A DNA stretch of 64,000 nt from a bacterium (GCA_025782395.1 JALGZD010000154.1:163-64162); one strand, 5' to 3'; numbered from the stretch's first letter, positions 47,274 to 56,699 are shown. Numbers and translations are program-made. Notes: generated by a model not told the origin, from the letters alone.

Positions 47274-47917
47274 GGAGACAGACGGCAGCGGTTGTCGTGA
47301 TCGCTATGCTCGCTGCTACGGCCGTCTACGTGTTCATGAATCCCCCGGCGAAGCTCGCTCTCGGTGCTGATACGCTTTCGATATTCCCGCGGGGATTCGG
47401 CGAGTGGACCAGTACGGATCTGGAGTTCTCGGAGGTTGTCTACGATGAACTCGCAGCCGACGGCACCCTGGTCCGTGAGTACAGGAGGGGGGAAGAGAGC
47501 CCCGTATGGTTCATCATAATCTACCACGAGAACAGAAGGTACGGTGCGCACGATCCCATGGTCTGTTACCGGGCTCAAGGCTGGGATGTCGAGGATGAGG
47601 GGACGATTGCGCTGACGCGCCGATCGGGAAGCTTCGACGCGAACTGGGCTCTCGTCTCTGAGGACGGCCGCGACCGGCTGGCCCTCTACTGGTGGTACAC
47701 GGCGGGAGATCTCGCAACGGGCGACAGAGACAGTTTTATGGCCAGGATGGCGGCATCAGGCATCCGGTCGAACATCACGTTCGGGGCGTTCATGCGCGCT
47801 TCCACAGACGTTCACGACGGAGATGTCGAGTCAGCGCGAGCGAGGCTGCGGGAGTTCTCGGAGGACGCACTTCCACACGTGGCGGCCATCTTCGCCTCCG
47901 AAGACGGGGAGCGATAG
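47270..47917 (+). CDS. epsI: EpsI family exosortase-associated protein
   Basis: ATGA overlap with the exosortase stop. N-terminal TM. Family motif GAHDPMVCYRAQGW. Also LALYWWY. Confidence 0.8.
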   Translation: MRRQTAAVVVIAMLAATAVYVFMNPPAKLALGADTLSIFPRGFGEWTSTDLEFSEVVYDELAADGTLVREYRRGEESPVWFIIIYHENRRYGAHDPMVCYRAQGWDVEDEGTIALTRRSGSFDANWALVSEDGRDRLALYWWYTAGDLATGDRDSFMARMAASGIRSNITFGAFMRASTDVHDGDVESARARLREFSEDALPHVAAIFASEDGER

Positions 47918-47968
47918 ATTCCGGTCCCAGGAAGGGGATGCTCGATATCCCCTTCATCGAAGGGAGTC

Positions 47969-48838
47969 TTGATGGACATCGTTCAGCAGTTCAATGCGCT
48001 TATCTGGAGTTGGGCGGAGACGCTGAGAGCGCTCAGGCGTCGCGTCGGTGTTCATCCACTCCTTGTCTACGCAGCGGTGCAGCTGGTCGTGCTCGTGATG
48101 CTGGCGTTGTTCGCCTACCCGCCGTTCGTGTCGTTCGTCATGCCGCTGATCCGCTGGCGACTCGGTGAGGGCGCGCTGCACTATCCGACGAGTTTTCTCG
48201 CCTTGAGAGCGATCTTCGGGCAGGCGGACATGGTGCTGACCGTTCTCCTTGGTGGGTTCGTTACCGGAGCGGCCGTCTGGCTGTTCTCCGTTTACTACGG
48301 GGGTGGGGAGGATCCGCGGACCACTGGGTTCCGGGTGGCGGCCAAACGCTACATCCCGCTTCTCGTGATCGCTCTGGTCGGACTCGCGATTGCGCAGATC
48401 GTAACCCGCGTGCCGATGGGGTTCTGGGGACATCTCGCCGACGAGCGACCGATGCGATTCCGCATCTTAAGGATGATGACGATCGCGGTGGTGATGGGAG
48501 TGCAGGCGCTCCTTGTCTATGCGATTCCGTACGTCATTCTGGGCGGCAGGAGAGTCTGGTCCGCACTTGGTTCGAGCGTGTCGCTCGCTGTTCGCAATCC
48601 GGTCACTACCTACTTGATAGTAGCAGTGCCGGCCGCTCTCGAACTTCTGCCGGCGCTGTTGGTGCGCAACAGCTCTGTCATCGCGTACCGCTTTGCTCCT
48701 GAAGGCCTGGCGGTAGTGCTTGGCCTCTGGGTTGTCGTGATCTTCTTCGTTACCTATCTGATGGTCGGCGCGGCTACGCGCTTCTATCTCTACGCGACAC
48801 AAGACGACGCCGAGGCCGGCGGCGCGGCGGAGGTGTGA
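47969..48838 (+). CDS. Uncharacterised ~6-TM membrane protein
   Basis: 289 aa with six long hydrophobic segments and no motif I recognise. Sits between epsI and the TPR lipoprotein gene (3-nt gap to the latter). Confidence 0.6.
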   Translation: MMDIVQQFNALIWSWAETLRALRRRVGVHPLLVYAAVQLVVLVMLALFAYPPFVSFVMPLIRWRLGEGALHYPTSFLALRAIFGQADMVLTVLLGGFVTGAAVWLFSVYYGGGEDPRTTGFRVAAKRYIPLLVIALVGLAIAQIVTRVPMGFWGHLADERPMRFRILRMMTIAVVMGVQALLVYAIPYVILGGRRVWSALGSSVSLAVRNPVTTYLIVAVPAALELLPALLVRNSSVIAYRFAPEGLAVVLGLWVVVIFFVTYLMVGAATRFYLYATQDDAEAGGAAEV

Positions 48839-48841
48839 CAG

Positions 48842-50374
48842 ATGGTCATTCTTTCAAGAGGATCCGGGCTTTGCGGCGCTCTGCTCTGCGGGCTTCTTCT
48901 GCTCCTTGTCCTGACGATGACGGGCTGTGGAGAAGAGGAGTTCACCGCGAGATACCGCGCTGAGAAAATGCTCTGGAATGCAAGCAAACTCGAGCGGGCG
49001 GCCGGCGAGAACCCCGAACTCGCTACCGACGAGGTAAGAGCCCTGATCGCGGAGAAGTACGAGCTGATAGTCGCCGGGTTCCCTCCACCGGAGAAGACCG
49101 AGGAATCGGAGCTGTCGGCGGACGTTCTCGTAACCGCGTCTATCTCGGGTCGCAGCAGGATCATTCTGGCCGGGCTTCTGGCGGCAGAGGACAGGCGCGA
49201 CGAATCGGCAGAGCTCCTCGCTTCAGTGCGAGATGGATACACGGCTCTGAAGCCCCTGGCCGTCGAAGCAGCGCTTTCACTGGCGTCGCTCTACGAGGCT
49301 TCGGGCGACTGGGAGGCGGCCGTGGCCGAGCTCGATCTGCTTGTGAAACGCTGGCCGCCCGCGCACGGGGAAGGCTCTGCGCCCGACACACGCATCTTGA
49401 GGGCTCCAATGCGGAAGGCAAGTGGCTACATGCTCAGGGGCAAGGAGTTGCCGGCGGCGGGCGCCTTCGACGAGGCTCGTTCGTATTGGCGCCACTGGGA
49501 GGAGGAGTGGCCGGGGAGCAGCACAGCGCTGACGGCTGCGAGCCTTGTGGCGGAGAGCTTCTCGGTCGAACAGAGATGGGCAGAGGCGATAGACTCATAC
49601 GACAGATTCGACAGGGTCTATGGTAGCGAGAACAACAGGGCGGCGCTGTGGCTGACGGTGGCGGACATATACAGGGAAAGGCTTGGAAAGACGGCGGACG
49701 CGCGGATCTACTACGAGAAGGTGTTGGAGGCCTACAGCGATGGGATCGCCGGTGCGTCAGCCAATGTGGCACTTGCGGAGGATGACATCAGAAGCGCGCG
49801 CTACTCGCAGGCGAGGGATCGACTCGAGGCTGTTATCGCCGGATTCGACGACGAAGCGGCGGTGGCCGCAACGGTAACCTATCACATCGCCAGGAGCTTC
49901 GAACTGGAGGGGCACTGGGATGAGGCGATGCCGCACTACCGCACTCTCTCGTCGCGCTACCCGACAAGCATGTACGGTCTGGCCGCTCCGCTGCACGTCG
50001 CGGATCACTTCTCGACGACGGGAGAGGCTGCAGCTGCGGCAACGGCGCTCTCCGTCGCCGCGGACGCATACGAGCGCGTCATACGGGACTTCGCGGGGAC
50101 TCCGGCCGAGCTGATGGCTCGAAACAACCTCGTCGAGACAAGGCTGCGCCAGAAACTCTGGAGGCAGGCCGCGGAGATCCTCGTGGAGAGCGCGGAGCGC
50201 TTCAGCGCGTCGAGGGCTTCGGCAGGGATGCTGCTCCAGGCTGCGGGTCTCTATTCGGGCAAGCTTGGTGATGATGATGCCGCGAGGCGTCTGCTGGAAT
50301 CCGTCATCCGTCTCTATCCTGGAGAAGGAGGCGGCGATATCGCCGAGCAGAAACTTGCTGAGATAGGTGGCTGA
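48842..50374 (+). CDS. TPR-repeat lipoprotein (PrsT-like by position)
   Basis: Lipobox-like LVLTMTGC. Helical, Ala/Leu/Glu-rich repeats along the whole length. Immediately upstream of prsK. Confidence 0.65.
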   Translation: MVILSRGSGLCGALLCGLLLLLVLTMTGCGEEEFTARYRAEKMLWNASKLERAAGENPELATDEVRALIAEKYELIVAGFPPPEKTEESELSADVLVTASISGRSRIILAGLLAAEDRRDESAELLASVRDGYTALKPLAVEAALSLASLYEASGDWEAAVAELDLLVKRWPPAHGEGSAPDTRILRAPMRKASGYMLRGKELPAAGAFDEARSYWRHWEEEWPGSSTALTAASLVAESFSVEQRWAEAIDSYDRFDRVYGSENNRAALWLTVADIYRERLGKTADARIYYEKVLEAYSDGIAGASANVALAEDDIRSARYSQARDRLEAVIAGFDDEAAVAATVTYHIARSFELEGHWDEAMPHYRTLSSRYPTSMYGLAAPLHVADHFSTTGEAAAAATALSVAADAYERVIRDFAGTPAELMARNNLVETRLRQKLWRQAAEILVESAERFSASRASAGMLLQAAGLYSGKLGDDDAARRLLESVIRLYPGEGGGDIAEQKLAEIGG

Positions 50375-50379
50375 TCGAG

Positions 50380-52485
50380 ATGAGCGCAAGCGCCGCATTG
50401 ATGATGACAGCAACGGTATTCGCCCTCGCGTTCGGAGTGACGGCCTTGCTCCGTGCGAGACGCAGGGTGGACAGGCTGTCGTTCGGCGCAGGTGCCGTGG
50501 TCCTGGCGTTCTGGCTCTTTGCTGTCGGCTCGATCGCCGTCAGCCGTGACCCGGGCGTCGTGGGTGCTCGCGTAGCTGTCGCGGCGGCGCTGAGTGCCAT
50601 TCTGCCGATTCCGTGGACGTTCGTGACGATCGTTTTCGCCCGCGAGAGCCGCCCTGCGATGCTGCGCCGGTGGCGGTTCTATCTGATAGGGCTTTCTCTT
50701 GCGGGGTTGTACTTCGCCGCGCGTTCCCTTTTTGGGGGAGTGGTCCCCGTCATCGGTCAGAAGGCCGGTGACTACGTTCTGTTCCTGGATGGCACGGGGC
50801 GGGCGATGGGCGTGTATCTGGTGGCCTCTATAGTAGTGATGCTGTTCAATCTCGAGACAACGGCGCGGTGCGCACGCGGGGCGGAGCTGGCAAAAGCCAA
50901 GTTTGCGCTGATAGGTCTGGCTGCCGTGATGGTCTATCACCTCTTCGTTCTGTCACTCGCCACCGTCTACTCCACAGTCAGCGTCCAGCATCTGGTGGCG
51001 GGATCGGTGCCGATACTCGCTGCGGGAGTGCTGATTGCGTACTCGGTTGCGCGGCGCAGGCTTGCGGATGCTCACGTGCGTGTCGGCCGTCCCGTCTTCT
51101 ACGGTTCGGTCACCACGTTCATTGCCGGCACGTACCTCATGACACTGGGCGCCGTGGCCCTGGTCGCGCGGAGCCGCGGGTGGGGGGTCTCGTCGCTTGG
51201 CGTTACATCGCTCGTCTTTCTGGCGCTGCTTCTCCTGGCCATGTTCTTCGCATCGTCGCGTGTAAGGAGAGGAATCAGGAGGTTCATAGACAGCAATTTC
51301 TACGTAAGCAGGTACGACTACCGGAGAGAGTGGGAGACAACTTCAGAGGCACTCTCCGGCGCGACGAGTGAGCGTGAAGTGCTTGCGGCAGTGGTCAAGG
51401 TTGTCAGAGATTCGCTCGATGCGTCGACCGTGGTCGTGGCCGGCGTGGACAGGTCGACCTGCCCGGCAGCAGTTCGCGTCGTGGGTGATGCGCGGACGGA
51501 ACACGCTGCGGCGATCGGCGATCCCGCTCTCCTCGCGCTGCTCTCCGAGCGCGGAGAGGCCGTAAGGATTGGAATGGTGGATTCGGATCCGGCACTGGAC
51601 GGATGGGTCGCCCGTCATCCAGCCCCTTTGTCAGGGCCTTCGCCTGATCTGGTCGTGCCGCTCATTGCGGCGCGTGAAGTGGTTGGAGTCGCGCTCGTTT
51701 CATTGGGCTCCGCCCGCCGCACGTACGAGGATCTTGAAATCCTCTCTACGCTCGGACGTCAAGCAGGGAGCGCCCTTCTGGCGGCGAGGCTCTCGGATCG
51801 GCTTGCGGAGACACGAGGACTGGAGTCGGTTCACAGGGTCTCCTCGTTCGTAATCCACGATCTCAAGAACTGCGTTTCCGGTCTGTCACTGACTCTCGCG
51901 AATGCGAGGAATGGACTGGACGATCCATCGTTCCGACCGCACCTCATGACTGCGATGGAGGAATCGGTGTCGGCGATGGAGCGAGTGATCGAGAGAGTGG
52001 CCGGTGTGTCCGGAGAAGCGGAGCCTTCGCTCGAATCCGTCGAACTCGGCGATCTCATCGAGCGTGCGCTGGCGCGCGCCGGCGTGACTCAGCCCGGTTC
52101 ACAGACAGAGTCCGCGATCAACCTCGACGGAGCCGCAGAGGTTCGGGTGGATCCCGAGCAGCTTCTCACGGTTCTGGAGAATCTCATCACGAACTCCCTC
52201 GAAGCCATGAACGGAATGGGACGAATAGAAGTGACCGGTCGGAGCGGGGGAAACGGGTCAGTGCTGCTGCGCATCAGTGACTCAGGACCGGGTATCGAGC
52301 CTGAGATGGCTATGGACGATGTGCTTTTCTCAGCTTTCAGGACCACGAAGCCGGGCGGTCTCGGCATCGGGCTCTACCAGAGCAGGCGGATCATGGAGGC
52401 CATGGGAGGCAGCATCACGCTTGTGGACGGGAGAGACGGAGCGGCGTTCGAACTGTGGATACCGACGGCAGCTCCGCGTTTCTAG
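50380..52485 (+). CDS. prsK: PEP-CTERM-system-type sensor histidine kinase (PrsK-like)
   Basis: The N-terminal ~300 aa are polytopic, followed by a GAF-like region. H-box SSFVIHDLKNCVSGLS, N-box ENLITNSLEAM, G-boxes SDSGPGI and GGLGIGLYQSR. Confidence 0.8.
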   Translation: MSASAALMMTATVFALAFGVTALLRARRRVDRLSFGAGAVVLAFWLFAVGSIAVSRDPGVVGARVAVAAALSAILPIPWTFVTIVFARESRPAMLRRWRFYLIGLSLAGLYFAARSLFGGVVPVIGQKAGDYVLFLDGTGRAMGVYLVASIVVMLFNLETTARCARGAELAKAKFALIGLAAVMVYHLFVLSLATVYSTVSVQHLVAGSVPILAAGVLIAYSVARRRLADAHVRVGRPVFYGSVTTFIAGTYLMTLGAVALVARSRGWGVSSLGVTSLVFLALLLLAMFFASSRVRRGIRRFIDSNFYVSRYDYRREWETTSEALSGATSEREVLAAVVKVVRDSLDASTVVVAGVDRSTCPAAVRVVGDARTEHAAAIGDPALLALLSERGEAVRIGMVDSDPALDGWVARHPAPLSGPSPDLVVPLIAAREVVGVALVSLGSARRTYEDLEILSTLGRQAGSALLAARLSDRLAETRGLESVHRVSSFVIHDLKNCVSGLSLTLANARNGLDDPSFRPHLMTAMEESVSAMERVIERVAGVSGEAEPSLESVELGDLIERALARAGVTQPGSQTESAINLDGAAEVRVDPEQLLTVLENLITNSLEAMNGMGRIEVTGRSGGNGSVLLRISDSGPGIEPEMAMDDVLFSAFRTTKPGGLGIGLYQSRRIMEAMGGSITLVDGRDGAAFELWIPTAAPRF

Positions 52486-52517
52486 AGGGAGTACGGGCGA
52501 AAGGTCTGGTGGGCAGC

Positions 52518-53897
52518 GTGCCGGAGACCAAGCGAATCCTCATTGTGGACGACGATCGCGTAATCTGCGAGCAGCTCGTGTGGGCCCTCTCCGACGACTA
52601 TGAGGTTCACGCGGAAGCAACGGTCGATCGCGCGCTCGGCGTTGCCCGCAGCATTCGCCCGCATCTGGTGATGCTGGATCTCTCACTGACAGGGAGTCCG
52701 GGCGAAACGGAGGAGGGGTTTGAGCTCCTGAAACGTCTGATCCAGCGCGATCCCTCCGTAAAGGTCGTCATGGTTACTGCAAGCGACGACCGCGAACGGG
52801 CAGTCAGAGCCATCGAACTGGGCGCCTTCGACTACTACGTGAAGCCCGTGGACCTTGATGAACTGCGCGTGCTCATCAGGCGCGCTCTCTACGTTCAGGA
52901 GCTTGAGAGAACCTCTCGTGGCATTTCGGAGGATATGGGCGAACCGGCCCGGCTGGCTGGGCTCATCGGATCCGGTGATGCGATGAGAGGCGCGCTCGAA
53001 CTCGCGAAGGCCGCTGCTTTATCTGCCGCCCCGGTCGTCATTGTCGGGGAGAGTGGCACCGGCAGGCGCAGATTCGCGGAGACCATACATGGGATGAGCG
53101 ATCGCGCGTCACTGCCGTTTGTCACAGCTGCCGGCGGAGCTCTGTCAGGAGAGGCTGTAGAGCGCGAGATCTTCGGCAGGGTTCAGCACAGGACCATCGA
53201 ACCGGGGTGGCTCGAGCGGGCAGCCGGAGGAACGCTCTTTCTGAGAGATCTTGACAGATGCGCTGAGTCCATCGTGGAACGGCTGCGTGGCTACGTGGCC
53301 ACAGGTGTCTTCAGTCGAATCGGGGGTGGCGAACCCGTGCGACCGGACGTGCGCTTCATGGCCTCAATGGAATCCCCTGTGGCTGCCGGTCCTACTGCGT
53401 CCCGGCACGGATTTCTGGGCGCGCACATCATCGAGATTCCTCCTTTGAGAGAGCGGGGAGAAGACGTCCTGCTGCTCGCCCGCGAGTTCCTGGATCGTCT
53501 CTCCGGGTTGCGCGGGCGTCCCTCGCGGGGTTTCGGAAAGGCAGCCGTGCGGGCGTTGCTCAGTCACGGCTGGCCCGGCAACGTGACTGAGCTCGAGAAT
53601 CGAGTTCGGAGTGCCGTACTGTCCAATCGCCGCGGCGCTATTGCGGCATCCGATCTTGGGTTGGCGAGTGAAGATGAGGGAGGGAAGCAAACCCTGAGTG
53701 ACGCCAGACACGAACTCGAACGCGGCATGGTGGCCGCGGCACTCAGGAGAAGCGCGGGGAACGTGAGTCGGGCTGCCAGGTCGATCGGGGTCAGCCGTCC
53801 GACGATGTACGATCTCATAAGAAGGCACGGTCTCAAACCGGTGGACTACAAGTGTCGCAACGGCGGGACGGGCCGAGGAGGATCGGGGGCTGCATAG
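52518..53897 (+). CDS. prsR: PrsR-like response regulator (receiver + degenerate sigma-54-interaction AAA+ + Fis-type HTH)
   Basis: Receiver ILIVDDD...VMLDLSL...YVKP. AAA+ module VIVGESGTGRRRFAETIH ... GGTLFLRDLD ... PPLRERGEDV ... WPGNVTELEN. HTH NVSRAARSIGVSRPTMYDLIRRHGL. Start GTG 52518 (alternative 52509). Confidence 0.8.
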   Translation: MPETKRILIVDDDRVICEQLVWALSDDYEVHAEATVDRALGVARSIRPHLVMLDLSLTGSPGETEEGFELLKRLIQRDPSVKVVMVTASDDRERAVRAIELGAFDYYVKPVDLDELRVLIRRALYVQELERTSRGISEDMGEPARLAGLIGSGDAMRGALELAKAAALSAAPVVIVGESGTGRRRFAETIHGMSDRASLPFVTAAGGALSGEAVEREIFGRVQHRTIEPGWLERAAGGTLFLRDLDRCAESIVERLRGYVATGVFSRIGGGEPVRPDVRFMASMESPVAAGPTASRHGFLGAHIIEIPPLRERGEDVLLLAREFLDRLSGLRGRPSRGFGKAAVRALLSHGWPGNVTELENRVRSAVLSNRRGAIAASDLGLASEDEGGKQTLSDARHELERGMVAAALRRSAGNVSRAARSIGVSRPTMYDLIRRHGLKPVDYKCRNGGTGRGGSGAA

Positions 53898-53943
53898 GCG
53901 CGGCCCATTAGGCTGTGGCCGCATGGGCGCGGCCGTGATGAGA

Positions 53944-53972
53944 TTGACAGGCGATGGCCGCAGTCATAGAAT
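53944..53972 (+). promoter_or_regulatory. Sigma-70-like promoter (TTGACA-17-TAGAAT)
   Basis: TTGACA at 53944-53949, a 17-nt spacer, and TAGAAT at 53967-53972. It lies 68 nt upstream of ATG 54040. Confidence 0.55.
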
Positions 53973-54039
53973 CACGCCGTCCGGCCTGTGCCCAGTGAAC
54001 GGACTGAGGCAACGCTCGACATTCTGCGAGGAGCTGATC

Positions 54040-54786
54040 ATGAAGGGTAGAGCGACAGTCATTTTGTCCCTGGTGCTGCTAGCGCTCGTTCCTGTTGAAG
54101 GAACCGCGTGGGCGCAGACCGGGACAGGCGTTGTGATCACGTCAGAGCCTCCAGGGGCGATCGTGGAGCTGAGAGGCGACCACGTGCTGCGAGGCGTGAC
54201 ACCCTGGCGACTCGACAGAGGGCTCGAGGGAATCTACGAGATCAACGCATTCAAGTTCGGCTACGCTGACTGGCATGGGCGTACTGTGCTGTCGGCGACA
54301 CGTTGCGATTCGATCTTCGTGAGGCTCACGCGCAAGACGCCGGAGGGGGCGGCGCTCCGGTCGGCAATAGCGCCCGGCTGGGGGCAGTTCTACACGAAAC
54401 AGAACAAGAAGGGGATAGCATTTGCAGCTGTGGAGGCGTTGGCTCTCGGCGCCGTTCTGTGGGCGGATGCCGAGAGCAATCGCGAGGAGTCGGACTACCT
54501 CAGTGCCAAGGCCGCCTACGAGGATGCCACTGAGGTCGGTGAGATAGAGCGCACATACGAGGTGATGCTCAGGGAATTCGATGAATACGAGGACAAGCAT
54601 CTCCTGAGGAGGCGCCTGATATATGCGGCCGCAGCTGTCTGGGTGGCGAATATCGCCGACGCGTTCTTCCTGTGCCCGGAGCCGAGGGGCGGCGCCTACG
54701 CAGAGGCGCCGGGTCTGTCGAGGCCCGGGCTCTACGCCACGCTTGAGCCGGACGGGGCCATATTCGGCTTGGCAGTTCACTTCTAA
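54040..54786 (+). CDS. PEGA-domain protein with DUF5683-like membrane segment
   Basis: ATG 54040 after GAGGAG. Signal peptide MKGRATVILSLVLLALVPVEGTAWA. PEGA motif VVITSEPPGAIVELRGDHVLRGVTPW. Also APGWGQFYTKQNKKGIAFAAVEALALGAVLW. Confidence 0.7.
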   Translation: MKGRATVILSLVLLALVPVEGTAWAQTGTGVVITSEPPGAIVELRGDHVLRGVTPWRLDRGLEGIYEINAFKFGYADWHGRTVLSATRCDSIFVRLTRKTPEGAALRSAIAPGWGQFYTKQNKKGIAFAAVEALALGAVLWADAESNREESDYLSAKAAYEDATEVGEIERTYEVMLREFDEYEDKHLLRRRLIYAAAAVWVANIADAFFLCPEPRGGAYAEAPGLSRPGLYATLEPDGAIFGLAVHF

Positions 54787-54813
54787 TCGCGCGCTGCTTG
54801 AGGGAGGTATGCA

Positions 54814-56424
54814 ATGAAACGATTCTCAGTGCTTCTCCTGGTTCTCTTGGGCGCTGCCGCGGTTTTTCTCTACGGCTGCCTCTCGGACCTGGCATCGCCG
54901 GGGCACTTGAACCCCCTGGATCCGGATCATCCGACCTCCGGGTCGGTGGAGCCATCTCGACCGTCCGGGTTGGGGGCTGTTGTAGCCGACAGACTGGTTG
55001 TGCTCTCATGGTCCGTCAGTGACACAACGGGCATCGAGAACTTCAAGATCTACCGGTGGCAGGTTGTTGAGGGCGAGAGTGAGGACCACGAAGTGATCGG
55101 GTCCTCTGATGAGATGGAATACGAGGACGATCAGGTCCGCAACGGCCAGGAGTATTCGTACAAGATCTCGGCCGTCAACCGCAACGGCTTGGAGGGTGTA
55201 ACCTCGTACGCGATGAGTGCAACGCCCCGGATCTTCAGCATCTCCATTGAGAGCGGGCGGAAGAAGACGGGGTCTCGTACAGTGGCTATCACATCTTCGG
55301 CGTCGACCATTGTTCAACTCATGATGATCTCCGACAACGCCGACATGTCCGGAGGACAGTGGCAACCCTACCAGGGAACCATCTCCTGGCAGTTGCCCGT
55401 GGGTGACGGTACGAAGACGGTCTACGCCTGCTTCCGCGACTCGGAGGACAACGAATCGCAGATTGTCAATGACGACATTGAGCTCGACACCGCAGCATTC
55501 ATCGAGCTGGTCTCGGAGGACACCGGTGGAGGTCCAATGAGCGTCGGCGAGACCATCCATTTCCTGCTTGACGCCGGCGAGCCTGACGGTCAGGCAGCGG
55601 TTGACATTGGAAGCGTGGCGATGGCCATAGGCCTCTTCGATGATGGGACCGGGGGGGACCCTGTGGCGGACGATGGTGTCTACGAGCGCGACTTCGTGGT
55701 GGAGGCAGGGACCGAGGTTATCTCGGCCGTTGTCATCGGCAGGTTCACTGATGAAGTGGGCAATGAAGCTGAGCCGCTTCAGGCCATCGGGATGGTGACC
55801 ATCCTGGAACCACCGGAGCCCGTCGAACTCGAGCCGCCGGTCGCGCTCTCCAAGCGGCGTCTCGCGCTCTCATGGTCGAGGAACAACGACTACGACTTTG
55901 ACAGGTACAAGGTATATCGTTCCTACGTGCCGGGCGTGGAGATCTCCACCGAGATCGAACTCCTCACCGAGATCACTACACAGGGCGAGACGAACTACAA
56001 TGATGGCGGCCTGGAGCCCGACTCTACCTACTACTACGCAGTCTATGTGGTGGACGACATCGGCCAGTCGGTCATCAGCAACGAGGTCGCCGGTACGACT
56101 CTCATCAACGAGGTTCCCGATCCGGTCGTTATCTACGAGCCCTGGGCAGCGGATTCGACGTCGCTTGAGCTGTCGTGGTCGCAGAGCGAGGAAGATGACT
56201 TCATGGCGTATGAGGTGATCGGCTGGGAGGAGGTCCCACCGGATCCGCCCAATTGGGGAGGCAAGCGCCTGATCGCCAGGATCACCACGATAGGGGAGAC
56301 CTTCTACACGCACGAGTCGCTGGTCGATTCGATCATCTACTGGTATCAGGTTGCGATCGTTGACTCGTTCGGGGCGAGCGCGGTCTCCGACAGCGTCTTT
56401 GGATCGCCAAGACCGATGCCCTGA
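54814..56424 (+). CDS. Lipoprotein with fibronectin type III-like domains
   Basis: Lipobox-like AVFLYGC. FN3-like modules (LVVLSWSVSDTTGIENFKIYR...YSYKISAVNRNGLEG; LALSWSRNNDYDFDRYKVYR...YYYAVYVVD; LELSWSQSEEDDFMAYEV...YWYQVAIVD). Confidence 0.7.
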   Translation: MKRFSVLLLVLLGAAAVFLYGCLSDLASPGHLNPLDPDHPTSGSVEPSRPSGLGAVVADRLVVLSWSVSDTTGIENFKIYRWQVVEGESEDHEVIGSSDEMEYEDDQVRNGQEYSYKISAVNRNGLEGVTSYAMSATPRIFSISIESGRKKTGSRTVAITSSASTIVQLMMISDNADMSGGQWQPYQGTISWQLPVGDGTKTVYACFRDSEDNESQIVNDDIELDTAAFIELVSEDTGGGPMSVGETIHFLLDAGEPDGQAAVDIGSVAMAIGLFDDGTGGDPVADDGVYERDFVVEAGTEVISAVVIGRFTDEVGNEAEPLQAIGMVTILEPPEPVELEPPVALSKRRLALSWSRNNDYDFDRYKVYRSYVPGVEISTEIELLTEITTQGETNYNDGGLEPDSTYYYAVYVVDDIGQSVISNEVAGTTLINEVPDPVVIYEPWAADSTSLELSWSQSEEDDFMAYEVIGWEEVPPDPPNWGGKRLIARITTIGETFYTHESLVDSIIYWYQVAIVDSFGASAVSDSVFGSPRPMP

Positions 56425-56489
56425 CTCACAGGGAGCTTTCAGAGACTCCTGTCAGCACGTCGCACCGCAGTACATGAGCACACCTTCAT

Positions 56490-56530
56490 GAGGCCCACCC
56501 GTATGTTGCACGGGTGGGCCTCACTTCTTT
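56490..56530 (+). terminator. Rho-independent terminator
   Basis: GAGGCCCACCCG (56490-56501), a 9-nt loop, and CGGGTGGGCCTC (56511-56522), followed by ACTTCTTT. Confidence 0.75.
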
Positions 56531-56683
56531 GTCGGCCCCCCGGCTCCTCGCCCCAGCGTGAGATGGAATACCAGCCTAACTGATGTCCCTATGGTGAGTT
56601 AACGTCCCCACTCAGGAAAACGGCCGGGTGTGTCGTGCCCTCCGGTCGCTTTGGGATATCAGAAGCATCTGTTACTTACCAGT

Positions 56684-56699
56684 TGGCACAACTTGTGCA
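56684..56699 (+). promoter_or_regulatory. Candidate sigma-54 promoter (TGGCAC-N5-GTGCA)
   Basis: TGGCACAACTTGTGCA has GG/GC at the exact -24/-12 spacing. It lies in a 517-nt intergenic region, 243 nt upstream of the 853-aa FN3 protein gene. Confidence 0.5.

Noticed and set aside
47932-47954. Small hairpin AAGGGGAT-N7-ATCCCCTT between epsI and the 6-TM gene, considered as an internal terminator.
   Set aside because: The stem is only 8 bp and has no U-tract. It more likely has no terminating role, so it is not reported as a feature.
53054-53059. TGGCAC hexamer inside prsR.
   Set aside because: It is simply the codons for S-G-T of the Walker A motif (aGT GGC ACc). No GC lies at the -12 distance, and it is in coding sequence.
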